Position numbers and translations under genes: made by a program
Source of the DNA: Octopus sinensis
Taxonomy: Eukaryota
Direction: 5' to 3'
Assembly (NCBI RefSeq): GCF_006345805.1
Contig: NW_021833011.1
Location: 1-64,000, forward strand
Length of the DNA: 64,000 nt
Shown: one piece after another, positions 38,521-51,155 of the stretch
Numbering within the stretch: position 1 is the stretch's first letter
Layout of the letters: the number at the start of each line of letters is the position of its first letter
The notes under the pieces: model-generated
Told to the model about the DNA's origin: nothing
Database searches by the model: none
Seen by the model: the letters and a program-made list of their open reading frames with translations, nothing else

Positions 38521-38699
38521 ATGAGAATGCGCCACAGACCAGTGTGTTAATTTCTAATATTTGTGGTAAATAAAACTGTTAAACCTTTTTAGTAATTTGT
38601 TTGAATTATTTAATCACATTGTATAATTTAATAATAGTGATCTGCATTAGTCTATACAAAAAACGGATATAAATACCTATAAAGAATCATACAGGCTCG

Positions 38700-39300
38700 G
38701 CCATATCGGGAGTTCAGCTGAAGTGTGTGGATAATTACGAGTACCTTGGCAGCACAATCTCCCCCAATGGATCACTTGACATAGAAATTTCACCCAAAAT
38801 CCCCGAGGCCAGCCAGGTATTTAGAGAGACTGAAAGTGAAAGTACTCCAGCAGAAAGGCATCAGACTGTCAACAAAGTTTAAGGTCTACAAGGCTGTAGT
38901 TGTCTCTAAACTGCTCTTTTGGTGAGAAGCATAGAACCCATGCCGCCGGCACATCAAACAGCCAGGACATTTTCGCACAAGGACCATAGGCATTTGCTGA
39001 TAAGACAGGATGGCAGACCACGAAGTGCTGCAAGGAACTCGCTCATGAAGCTTTGAGTCCATATTACACTGCACTGGCCATGTTATCAGATTAATTGCTT
39101 CGGCTGAGATTAAATAATATAAATTGTCCTATTGTAAAAAAACGAATTGTATATGGCGAGCTCACGTACAGTTCACACAAACAAAGAAGGCCTTAACTGA
39201 AGTATAAGGACACTCTGAAAAGCAAGCACAAACGGAGCAGCATTAGTCCATAGATAACTCAGCGTGGCATCTCTCACTTCACGAGCAGCAGCTGTCTTCA
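38700..39300 (+). mobile_element. Decayed RTE (BovB-like) LINE fragment
   Basis: LKCVDNYEYLGSTIS.NGSLD.EI, KFKVYKAVVV, ILYGEL, LKYKDTLK. Confidence 0.75.
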
Positions 39301-39355
39301 AGGTATAAATATATACATACATACACACACACATATACATGGATACATACATACA

Positions 39356-39386
<31 letters not shown>

Positions 39387-39441
39387 TATATATATATACA
39401 CATACATACATATACATTTCAAAATAACATATATGCGCATT

Positions 39442-39512
<71 letters not shown>

Positions 39513-39669
39513 GTTTGTGTTTGTTTGTGTGTGTTGTGTGCATGTGGGACAAAAAAGTGAGTAGAGTTGAAGAAATGAACATGAGTGGAAGTGAGGCCTC
39601 CATCGGGTGTTATTTTCGTTCAGGAAGAAAAACCCAACGCGTCGGACAGGTAGAAAAATAAACTTGCCC

Positions 39670-39937
39670 GCAGTCACAGTAGTTCAGTATGTCGCTGGAA
39701 TCCTGAAGTGAGCAGAGGAGGAAGTAAAGTTGATGGACAGGAAGTCAAGAAAGCTCCTGATGATGCATGGAGCCCATCATCAACGTGCAGACATTGATCA
39801 TCTATACACGAAGAGAACAAATGGAGGAAGAGGACGGATTGTTATGGAAGACTGCGTGCGTATCGAACTCGAGAGCTTAATGAGATATTAAGCCCAAAGT
39901 AAGGAAACCTTCATAGCGACAGTTAGGAGCGATGGAG
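39670..39937 (+). mobile_element. R4/Dong family C fragment
   Basis: Near match to 28065-28330. Confidence 0.8.
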
Positions 39938-41018
39938 TATTGTCCAGTGGATATAATTGCTTACTTTGTCATGTCTGTATATATATTCAGACATGGCAAG
40001 GACTGGGCAATCCGTATCTGTGTTGATTGCACATTCAGCATTTGGTTGAGGCCTGTTTTATAATTGTTTGGAGTTAGGCATTGGTCTTCTGCAATGAGAA
40101 TCAGTCCTACCGTTTCGGCTTTTAGTCCAGAGCTTTTGAACCATTGTTGGATTTTACTTAGGCTCACTTCCTCTCTGTCAAGCCTTGCAGGGTATTGGCC
40201 ATGAAGTCATTTTTCTCTCCATTTCTCTCCATGGACAATCCTTACCACATTGTCATGATGTCTCTTATATTCTTTCTGGGCTAGTGGCGTACATTGATTG
40301 ATAATATACCATATGGTTTCACCATTTTTTCCACAAATTCTCCATTAGGATGGAAGATTGCAAAGATAAAGCATTGTACAAGCAATTGAGAATGAATGTA
40401 ATTGAAAATAGGTGAGTAAAGAAAACAATGCATGGACAATTTCATGGGGATGTTGAAGATAAGACAGACAGAGAAAAACGATGGCTATGGATGACTAAAT
40501 GTGATTTAAAACCGGAAACGAAGGCTCTAATCTGTGCTGCCTAAGATCAAGCATTAATAACCAATTATATCAAATATAGAATAGACAACACATCAGAAAA
40601 TGATAAGTGCAGAATTTGTGGAAAAAATGGTGAAACCATATGGTATATTATCAATCAATGTACGCCACTAGCCCAGAAAGAATATAAGAGACATCATGAC
40701 AATGTGGTAAGGATTGTCCATGGAGAGAAAAATGACTTCATGGCCAATACCCTGCAAGGCTTGACAGAGAGGAAGTGAGCCTAAGTAAAATCCAACAATG
40801 GCTCAAAAGCTCTGGACTAAAAGCCGAAACGGTAGGACTGATTCTCATTGCAGAAGACCAATGCCTAACTCCAAACAATTATAAAACAAAATACTGAAAA
40901 CAGGCCTCAACCAAATGCTGAATGTGCAATCAACACAGATACGGATTGCCCAGTCCTTGCCATGTCTGAATATATATACAGACATGACAAAGTAAGCAAT
41001 TATATCCACAGGACAATA
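39938..41018. repeat. Near-perfect inverted duplication: arms 39938-40341 and 40611-41018, 269-bp spacer
   Basis: By-eye alignment shows 2 substitutions, one 10-bp and one 14-bp indel. Confidence 0.9.
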
Positions 41019-41710
41019 GGCCAACATTACATCAAAATTGACAACAGGTGGTATAAGCATGTGCCAAGCAACGTCCAAGACAACGATCAGGCCACAGTCA
41101 TCTGAGATATGCTGTTTTAACTGACAAAGAAATATAAGCTAATCGCCCAAACATAATAGTCAAGGATTGGGGAAAAAAACACCTGCTTACTGATAGACAT
41201 TGCAGTTCCTTCAAAATAGTGTCAAAAAAGAAACAGAGAAAAGCTCTAAATTGAAGTATTCAAAATATGGGGCATGAACGCAAAAACAATACTAATAATA
41301 ATAATATCATTGGGCATGATAAAAAAAAATCATAAGAATAAAAATGTAAAAGCTTTATCTGGATCCTCAACACTACAAACTGTCCCAAAAATAGCCCTGC
41401 TAGGAACAGGCCACATCCTATGCAACACACTATCAATCCAATAATGAAACCTAAACAAAACAACTCACAGGTACAAGACACACTCTATACAGCATTTACC
41501 CAGGGAAATAAACTCCCACCAGCAACCTCGGGAACCAACGCATTGCACACTCAACACACAATACAAGCAGTAACACAATAAAAGACAGCACCATACCTCA
41601 AGGAAAGAAAAAGCTAACGCAATACTGTACCGGAAGAATTCGCACACTCCCAGCAGCAGAAAAGAACATGCAATACTACACAGACCCCAGCAACTCGGAG
41701 GTGTTACAAG
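40349..41710 (+). mobile_element. Chimeric R4/Dong fragments: family B (40349-40720) fused to family D RLE 3' end
   Basis: B part matches 24225-24600; D part WLKSSGLKAETVGLILIAEDQ, ANRPNIIV, LLIDIAVP, LGTGHIL. Confidence 0.75.
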
Positions 41711-41774
41711 TGATGCAATAGAAATTTCCTTCCAGTCTACTAAATATTGAACAGTTATATAATATGATAATAAT

Positions 41775-42020
41775 ATTGTTTAGTCCTTCGGAACAGTATC
41801 AGGAGGCATCAAGAAGAATATAAAGGAAATTGGAATAGACTGCCCAGTGGAATTGTTAAATAAGGTCTGCTTCCTTGTCTCGGCCAGAATAATCAGGAAA
41901 GTATTAGATAGGTGAAAAGAACGAATAACAGGCACTGTAGGCTGCAGGTAGTAAGCCCGCTACGCATGCAATACTCCAGGATCTCAAACAAAACCTGTGA
42001 TAAAGCGATAATAATAATAA
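41775..42020 (+). mobile_element. R4/Dong family C extreme 3' end, (AAT)n tail
   Basis: Matches 29220-29445. Confidence 0.75.
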
Positions 42021-42021
42021 T

Positions 42022-43680
42022 AGGGCTTACTGGCGATTGTCAAACAATTCAGTGATGACATCAGAATGCAATTTGGCCTCGATAAATGTGCAAAAGCTAC
42101 CTTTATCAAAGGAAAAATGACAGAAACATCTAACGTTAACCTTGACCAGCAGAATGTTATAAAAGAAAATTAGACCCAGCAGAGAAATACAAGTACCTAG
42201 TGGTATTTGAAGGGGACGGAATAAGGCATTCAGAGATGAAGGAAAGGATCAGGAGAGAATGCTATCACAGATTAAGAGCAATACTCAAGACAGAGCTGAA
42301 TGCGAGAAACAGGATCTAAGCGATCAATACATTAGCCATACCAGTCGTGACTTACAGTTTCAATATCGTTAACTGGTCAATTACTGAAATATGTAATCTT
42401 GACAGAAAAATACGAAAACTGTTGACAATGCATAGAATGCACCACCCTAAGGCAGATACAGAACGACTTTATCTGCCAAGAAAAGAGGGAGGCTGTGGAC
42501 TTTTACAATTGGCAATAACAATGAAGATTGCTACAATTGGCCTAGACACCTACCTGAAAAACTCTGAGGACTGGATGTTAAAACTTGTCTCAAAACATGA
42601 AAACAAGAAAGCATCATACTCAGTAACAAAACAGGCAAAGGAATATCTAAGTGAATTCCGAATACAACAAATTTTGGAATTAGACATAGACATACAAGAA
42701 ACGGGCACAGAAAAAGCTAAGCGCATGAAAACCCGTGCTGAAACTGCGGCCTTAGATATTCTGAATGATAAATGGCAAGAAAAATCTCTCTATGGCAAAT
42801 ACCCAAAGAGAGCGAATAATGCAGATGTTGACAAAGCCCTGACCCATCAATGGCTAATGGCCTCTGGCTTAAAATCTGAAACAGAGGGGTTTATCATAGC
42901 AGCTCAAGATCAATGCCTACCAACAAGAAACTACCAGGCCAACATATTAAAGAACAGCAGTAGCCCAACATGCCGTGTATGTCAACAACAGGCATGATAG
43001 ACCTGCATAATATATTCACTGGGTAATCTGCAAAAACCTGGATTTGCCCCATGAAAAAACTGGTGGGAGCACAAACCACCCCCAGTGCTTAAAAATGACC
43101 ACATCTCACTCCACTGGAACTTCCCCATTCAAACTGACAGAAAGATAGATGCAAATAGGCCAGACATCATATTGAAAGACTTCAGACAAAGAACATGCCT
43201 CCCCATTGATATGACTGTCCCAATCGATATAAACGTATCTGTCAAAACCTACCAAAAACTGAGCAAATATAAAGATCTTGAAATAGAAATCAGCAAAATG
43301 TGGAACCTGAAGACTAAAACAATACCTGTTGTCATAGGTGCCCTGGGAATGATAGCAAAAGGGGCTGATTGCTACCTAACTCAGATACCAGGAAACCCCA
43401 AAATGGCAGAAATTCAAAAGATAGTGCTCATGGGAACTGCTCATATCCTACGCAAAATACTTTCTATGTAATCTCAAGGTTTAAAACAAACATTTTTTTT
43501 AGACATCCACTAGTACAACACCAAAAAAAACAACCAAATATATGGCACACTAGGCATAACAACAACGTGAACTTCCAACCTGTTGTCTCTTGAGGTCTCT
43601 GGGTGAGACTTGGAGCCAACTTGTACAAATATAAAGCAAAAGTCAAACATGGAATAATAATAATAATAATAATAATAATA
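42022..43680 (+). mobile_element. 5'-truncated R4/Dong LINE (family A), relatively well preserved, (AAT)n tail
   Basis: ORF-track pieces 42347-42997 and 43085-43471 give RT thumb, AAQDQ, ANRPDII, KY.DLEIEI, VVIGALG; internal deletion at ~42995. Confidence 0.9.
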
Positions 43681-43713
<33 letters not shown>

Positions 43714-43754
43714 CTATCTCATGATAGCACTGAAACATAAATTCCCACAGGTTC

Positions 43755-44250
43755 TTTGCATCATCATCGAAAATGATAATGTAAAGATCCTGTGGGATTT
43801 TATGATTCAGTGCGACCATGAGATAAAGAATAGGAAGCCAAACATAGTCTTAATTGAGAAAGAAAGCAAACGATGCTGGATCATAGATACAGTATGCCCA
43901 GCAGACAATAAGGTATGCGACAAGGAAAAAAGAAAAGTCGATAGATATGAGGTTAACTTGGGAGGTTAAGCAGTTGTGGTTGATGAAAAAGGTGGTAGTA
44001 GTAATAATAATTGTTGGAGCCCTGGAAATAGTGAGTAAAAATCTTGAGAAGTACATGGAACAAATAGGGGCTGCAATAACGGTGGAGCACTTGCAGAAAA
44101 CAGCACTTCTTGGAACCGCTTGAATACTCTGGAAGGTGCTCGAAAAATAAGAGGTGTTACCTTAGTTCACAGGTAGTGAACATGTGACACCGTGGTACAT
44201 CTCCCGTGTTAAAGCTGTGCAAAGGAAATAATAATAATAATAATAATAAA
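43755..44250 (+). mobile_element. R4/Dong family B 3' end, (AAT)n tail
   Basis: IIENDNVKILWDFMIQCDHEIKNRKPNIV..IIDTVCP; matches 24660-25140. Confidence 0.85.
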
Positions 44251-44740
44251 TTCGTTTATTGGCCACAAGGGCTTACATAAAATTACATTAAACATATACA
44301 ACATAAAAGACGATACAATGGGTTTTGCAACAATTTAAAACTCCCAATAGGGGAAGCGCATGAAGGGCCTTGTGAAAAAAAACCATACAAGCCACAGGTA
44401 CCTGAACGACAAGGAAAGAACCCTTCTTTTGTTTACAGGTCCACGCTCAGAATTGGTCCTTTCACACTGGTCATTATTCCACCATTCACCCACCTTTCAA
44501 CAAACTTGCTACAAGGCAACACTTCCCTCTCCACCCTCAATTTCCTTTTCAAATGAAACTTGAAAAAGTTGATGTGGACTTGGCTAAAGAGAAAGGCACC
44601 TGTCTTTATCCCTTTCAAACGGATCCACCATACTACCTCTTTCGCTACAGCCACTAGACAAATAAAAATTGCCTTCCTCTCCCAATCAAAAGAGAGCGGC
44701 GGGGCAATCTTCACAATGGATTCAGCTGATAGCCGGATCC
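44250..44740 (-). mobile_element. L1/Tx1-like LINE 3' end
   Basis: AIFICLVAVAKEVVWWIRLKG..FFKFHLKRKLRVERE..FVERWV then UTR ending GGCCAATAAACGAA; clade assignment from memory. Confidence 0.6.
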
Positions 44741-44741
44741 A

Positions 44742-44774
<33 letters not shown>

Positions 44775-44775
<1 letters not shown>

Positions 44776-45960
44776 TGCTTAACTGGAATACCAGTGAAAT
44801 AATGAAAATTGAAAGAAGAATTCGCAAGCTACTGACTTGTAATAAGATGCACCATCCAAAGGCAGACGTGGATCGCCTTTACCTTCCCAGAGCTCAGGGA
44901 GGACGAGGTTTGATCCAGCTTGAACTTACATACAAAACCACCACAATCGAACTGGCCAAATACCTTGAAGCAACCAACGATTGGATGCTAAAACTTGTTG
45001 AAAAACATGAAAGACCGAAAAAAATTCACTCTATTCTCAAAGAGAGCAAAAAATTCGCTACTGATCTCTTAGATACCTACCAGATTGATCAGGCTGAAGG
45101 AAATGCGCCAACTGCTGCTGCAAAGAAAATAAAATTAATTGCAAAGACAAAAGCGCATGAAAAATTAGCTAGCAGATGGGAACAGAAACCTCTCCATGGC
45201 AAGTATGTGGCCTGTAGCAAACAAGCTGATGTCGACCAGAAACACACGCACCAATGGTTACGAAGCTCAGGGCTAAAAGCAGAGAGTGAAGGTTTCATAT
45301 TAGCTGCTCAAGACCAATGCATATTAACCCGGAACTACCAAGCCAATGTGATAAAAAATGGAGCTGACCCAAAATGCTGATTCTGTAACGATGAGATTGA
45401 AACAATAGACCACCTAATCTCAGGGTGTAGAGTCTTAGCACCTGTAGAATATAAAGCAAGACATGATAGAGTCAGCCGGTATTTACACTGAACAATATGT
45501 CGGCATTAGAAAATCAAAACCGCTGGCAAATGGTATAAACACCATCCTGAAGCTGTGACTGAAGAAGAAAATGTGTCGATTCTATGGGACTTCCCCGTGC
45601 AGACCGACAAGACTATAAAAGCTAATAAACCGCATATTATCATAAAAGATCAAACAAAAAGGATGTGTTTATTAATTGACATGAGTATTCCTTGCGATCA
45701 CAATATAGCAGCGAAAGATATTTGACATGATTAGTAAATATAAATAGACTTGCTAATAGAAATTGAAAAAATGTGGCATCTCAAGGTGACTACATTTCCA
45801 GTGATTGTGGGATCTCTAGGAATGATTTAAAAAAAGGTACTGAAACCTATTTGAAAATGATACCAGGCTTACCATCCCTACAGGAAGTGCAAAAAATCGT
45901 GTTAACTGGAACGGCTCATGTACTGAGAAGAGCACTATCGCTGTGAAAACAACATCCATT
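44775..45960 (+). mobile_element. 5'-truncated R4/Dong LINE (family E) starting right after (AAT)n
   Basis: ORF 44775-45380 (HHPKADVDRLYLPRAQGGRGLIQLE..PLHGKY..AAQDQ) continuing to RLE motifs. Confidence 0.88.
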
Positions 45961-46159
45961 CAGGAATTTATTTATTTATTAATTTTTTAAATACATATTT
46001 TACCTGTGAATTTGCGTGTGTAATCTGGGAATGCATACAATGAGCTTCTCTGCCCTAGGTGTACGGAAAACACTTGCCGAGAAACAGAAGAAAATTTGAA
46101 GAAAGAAGGAATGATGATGATGATGATGATGCATCAAGAGCAATATAAAGAAAACTGTA

Positions 46160-46764
46160 GAAAACTGTGTAGTAAATAGACTGTCATCTAAATTACTCAA
46201 AAATGAAAATAACACTGTCATCTCATTTTAACAGACATATTTACCAAAATTACATAAAAATATCTTGAAATAATAAAGAGTAAATTTACTCAATAAAATC
46301 GCCATTGGCTTCAACCACAGCCTCCAAATGACTTCGGAATCTTCTGCAACTCTTCTCTACGGTCTCCTTGTATAAGTTGGCGAATACTGCTATAATCCTT
46401 GCCTTCAGTTCATACTTGGTAATACAAGGATTTTTATTGGCTTCTCGCTCAACTGCGTCCCACACATAATAGCCAAGTGGATGGCAATCTGGGGAGCTAG
46501 GTGACCAGACTTTAGGAGTGATGTGGTCGCAAGAATTGTCTGGCAGCCTCATGAGGCTGCCAAACAATTGTATTACCAAGTATGAACTGAAGGCAAGGAT
46601 TATGGCAGCATTCGCCAACTTAAACAAGGAGACCGTCCAAAAGAGTTGCAGGAGATTCCGAAGTCATCTGGAGGCCATGGTTGAAGCCAATGGCGATTTT
46701 ATTGAATTTATTTACTCTTTAGTATTTCAAGATATTTTTATGTAATTTTGGTAAATATATCTGT
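46160..46764. mobile_element. Tc1/mariner transposase 3' end in fold-back arrangement
   Basis: WSPSSPDCHPLGYYVW (WPPxSPDLNPxD-like) on minus; 197-bp arms 46231-46427 and 46568-46764. Confidence 0.85.
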
Positions 46765-47784
46765 GAAAGGTTTCTTTCAGAGTAATTTCCTCAGAGTAAT
46801 ATGTGACAAAGTGAAATGAAAGTGTTTTTGTTTTAAGGACTGAAACGTCCGTTGGGAATTGAGCAGGGAATAAACTTGGGCAAAAGGGTTTGAGAAATGT
46901 TATAAGAAATTCTGGGAATCTTTTCTTCGCTGTAAATCCATAAATTTCTCGAAACATAGATCCGTCAATGCCAGACCACTTCATATCGCCCAAATGACCC
47001 AGCGATATACTTCGACTATCTTCTGATTCGGGGGGTTGCGGTAATCTCTGGTTTTTTTTTTTTGGTCTTCTTTAATTGAAATTTTACAAACAGTTATTCT
47101 TTTCAAAATCGGAAATCTCCATAGCCGAAAACGTGGGATTCCATAAAAACAATTTTTTTTTATCTAAAGGGGCAGACGGGTCCCTTTATGTCTCTGCCAT
47201 GTGTACGTTCAGTGAATTTATGGAATTTACCAAATGCCATCTCATTCTTTTTTTTTTCTTTTCTTTTTCTTTACTACCCACAGAGGGGACAAACATAAAG
47301 GGGGTCTTTTCCTTTTGAACGGCAGTTTTCAACACAGTTTCTAGTTAACTAAACACTCTAAAACTTCGTATACTGGTAGAATGTGTCAAAAGAAAACATT
47401 ATTTGGATCTTTTCAGTTTGAATGGCAGTTTTTAACATAGTTTCTAGTTAACTAAAAAATGTTAAACTTCGTATACTGGTAGAATGTGTTTATAAAACAT
47501 CTTTTTCTCTTGGCTTTATTGAGAAAATTCTATGGTTTGTAAGATATTTGATCTTTAATTTCTTCAATTTCTGCAATTTCAACCAATCACTGGCATCTGT
47601 TGAGTTAAAAAGCATTCTATGCCATATGAATATGTCCCTTGTTTAAGAAACACATTGGGTTTATTTACATTTGTGAAGAAAAAAAGATACCCTTCCCCCA
47701 CCCCTAACCCTAACCCTAAAACAGATTGAAAGACAATAGATCGATACTAGGGTCATAATTATGGGTGACACCGCTAGAACAAAC

Positions 47785-48290
47785 ATAGATCCAAGTGTGG
47801 TTGAGAAGCTAACTTCCTGATCACGTGGTTTCAGGTTCAATTCCACTCACAGCATTTTGGACAAGTGTCTTCTGTTATAGGTCAGTGGTTGGCCAAAGCC
47901 TTGGGAGTGGATTTCGTTGATAGAAACTGAAAGAAGCTCATCATTTATACATACATATATACTTTTTTATAAAAGGTGTATACAGCTCATTGGAGCACTT
48001 CTATTTCCAGTCCGTTGTATATCTTGAGTGTTGTTGTCACTCAAGATATAACTTTATATTTTGTAATACATACATATATATATGTGTGTGTGTGTGTGAG
48101 GGTGAGTAGCCAGGTGTTGACAGCACACGATGGTTGTAAATGAACATCACCATCACACAAGTGATGTTGTGTCATTTCCAGTCTTCCATGAAAAACATGT
48201 CTGACCATGGAGAAATATTCCCTCATTTGGAAACATGTGGCACTTGGCTACAGGAAGGACACCCAGCCATGGACACTAAATTATGGTGCA
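47785..48290 (+). mobile_element. tRNA-derived SINE head plus body fragments, split by microsatellite
   Basis: Head like 1790-1935; body like 62640-62860 and 63700-63960. Confidence 0.6.
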
Positions 48291-48559
48291 CAGACACACA
48301 CACACACACATATACATACACATGTACGTACCAACACGCATGAACACACACACACAGTATACATGCACACAATAGCTTTATATACATCCACTTGCTTGCA
48401 CACACAGTTACATCGCATAGCCTTATACACACACACATAAACCAAAGGCATGGACATACATACACTCATGCATAGATACTTATACACAGTAGTCTCATAC
48501 ACATGTGTGCTCACATACACGTGCCAAGTTCATTGTTGTCTCCCTTGTTATTCGTACTT

Positions 48560-48760
48560 CAAATCAGCTCTCATAGATGTCTCCCTTGGTTGCCAGAGCC
48601 ACTGACACCTTCAGCAACCTCTTCCTCCTCCCATCATTTCAGCTTGTAGTGACACTCTGACATGGGTTTCTTCTCTTCTCTCTCTCTTCTTCTATTCTTT
48701 CTGTCAAAGAGTAGGCTCAAAATGTTAGACACTTCCAATTTTCTCTAAGCATAAAGTTGA
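48560..48760 (+). repeat. Penelope-type terminal repeat, degenerate hammerhead-like motif
   Basis: CTGTCAAAGAGTAGGCTCAAAATGTTA at 48701-48727. Confidence 0.45.
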
Positions 48761-48769
48761 TACACTTCT

Positions 48770-49035
48770 GCTGTGGAGGTCAGGTCTTCTTGAGCACAGC
48801 AAGGCACCAGATATCTCAGTCCTTTGTCATCTCATCCACAAGGTTCACCGTTCGGAGGTTCTCCTTCAGAACTTCGTCCTCTGTTTTACTGGGTCTCCCT
48901 CTTACACAAGTTCCATCCACTTTGAATGTACGGCACTTTTTGTGGAGCTGTCAGCATCCATCCACATCACATGGCCAAACCAGCACTGTCTTCTCTCACA
49001 GACTGCATCCAATTCTTCTTCTGCCAAACTTCTCT
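48770..49035 (-). mobile_element. RTE ORF C-terminal fragment
   Basis: KKCRTFKVDGTCVRGRP.KT..EVLK..LR matches the end of the RTE ORFs at 49890 and 56560. Confidence 0.7.
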
Positions 49036-49319
49036 CTCAATACACTAACAGTCTGTTGTATATATGTGTTTCTTTATTGGCCACACGAGGCTGAATACAG
49101 AAGGGACAAAATACAAAGTAGAGCTTTTCTTTTTGGAAGGAAGTAGAGAAGAAACCAAAAAAAAGAAGTGGGTCAAATTCCAATCAAAAGGGTTTGTGAA
49201 GAAAAAAAATATATACATATACGTGTGTGTGTGTGTGTATACAAGTAAAATAGAATTAAAATGTAATATATATATTGATATATATAACAAAATATATTTT
49301 TAATAAAAATAATAATAAT

Positions 49320-51155
49320 CATCGTTTAAGATCCGCTTTCCATGCTAGCATGGGTTGGACAATTTGACTGAGGACTGGAAAACCAGATGGCTGCACCAGG
49401 CTCCATTCTTGATCTTGCAAAGGTTCTACATCTGGATGCCCTTCCTAACACCAACCGCTCTGAGAGTGTAGTGGGTGCTTTTACATGCCACCGACATGGA
49501 ACCCAGTTAGCTTCAGGCGGTACTGGCAACAGCCACGCTCAAATGGTGTTTGTTATGTGCCAATCCAGTGGCACTCGCAACGACCTCACTCAAATGTTTT
49601 TTCACATGCCACCAGCACAAGTGCCACTAAGACAACGCTGGTAACAATCACGCTCGAATGGTGCTTTTTATGTGCCACCACCATGGAAGCCAGTTAGCTG
49701 CTCTGGCAACGATCACTCTCGGATGGTGCTCATAGTGCTCCACTAGCATGGTTGCCAGTCATCGAAATTGATTTCGATTTCACTTGCGTCAACAGGTCTT
49801 TGTAATCAGAGTTTAGTGTCCAAAGAAGGAAAGGTACACATAAGTGGGCTGGTTACACCCCTGGCATAGGACGCAAAGTTATGGTCTCATTTGGCTTGCA
49901 AGGTCTTCTCAAGCACAGCATATTTCCAAAAGTCTCGGTCACCAGTCATTGCCTCGGTGATGCCTAATGTTCGAAGGTCATGCTTCACCACTTCGAACCA
50001 GGTCTTCCTGGGTCTACCTCTTCCACAGGTTCCCTTAAATGCTAGGGTGTGGCACTTTTTCACACTGCTGTCCTCATCCATTCTCGCCACATGACTATGT
50101 CATCTCTCTTGCACCCCAATCTGATGCTTCTTAGGTCCAACTTTTCTCTCAAGGTAGTTACACTCTATCGAGTATGCACACTGACATTACACATCCAGCG
50201 GATCATATTGGCTTTATTCCTTGTGAGCCTACGCATATCGTGAGCAGTCATAGCCTATGTTTCACTGCCAAGTAGCATGGCTGTTGATACACATGCGTCA
50301 TACAATCTACCTTTTACTCACCAGCAGAGGTAAGAGTTCTCTGAACTTTGCCCAGGCTATTCTTATTCTAGCAGCTACACTTTCAGTGCATTCCCACCTA
50401 CAGCTACTGACATGGTCACCTAGGTAACGGAAGCTATCAATTACTAGTTTTTCTCCCTGGAATGTGGCAGAAGTTCTTCTCTGCACATTTTCAGTATTTA
50501 TTGCTCCTGAGCATCTGCCACATACAAAAACTATCTTCCCAGTTAGCCTTCTTTCGATATTGTTGCACCTCTTATGTGTCCATAGCTTACGCTGGGTACA
50601 TCTTATAGAGTTTCTACCTACGCCATTTCTACAGATCGAGCAGGGCCATCTACCTGAAGGGATTTGTGGTTTGCCTGCCTGATGGGCCAGTGGCTTTCCC
50701 GGTCTTCATACTCTTAATTGCTTTATCTACCAAGGTACTGTCAACTCGGATAGCTGGTCGCTCTGTGAGGTCAACATTCAGCAGACCCTCTTTCTCCCAT
50801 TCATTTTCTTTATTCAGCAACCTTTCATTGTGGCATCTACAAATCTCTCTCTTTGCGGCCTCATTTAGTGCAAGAGAACCATCATCCATGCGAACACATT
50901 TCTCTCCTACAACATCACGATTCTCTCTCACACACTGTCTTGCAACACGAAATACCTCAAGTCTTTGATCCTCACGGCGCAGAACATTGGCAAATTTTTC
51001 CTTATCTGCTTCCCTTCTGACTAAATAAACCTGCCACCTAGCTTCCCTTCTGGGAGTCTGATACACTTCCCTGCTACCACCGTTCTTCCAGTCTTTCCAA
51101 GCCTGTTTCTTTTCTCTAATAGCCCTGTCAACAACATTGTTCCACCACCATCTTA
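49320..51155 (-). mobile_element. 5'-truncated RTE LINE with internal deletion of the RT core, full 3' tail
   Basis: WWWNNVVDRAIREKK..GKATGPSG joined directly to GRWPCSICR..; compare the undeleted copy 54600-56650. Confidence 0.88.

Noticed and set aside
43655-43712. (AAT)n followed by (TTA)n palindrome
   Set aside because: Explained by a LINE tail meeting an opposite-orientation microsatellite; no further structure
42347-45380. Intact, active retrotransposon ORFs
   Set aside because: All LINE copies are 5'-truncated and carry stops, frameshifts or deletions
47702-47719. Telomere-like (CCCTAA)3
   Set aside because: Only three units inside a dispersed repeat; no sign of a chromosome end or fusion
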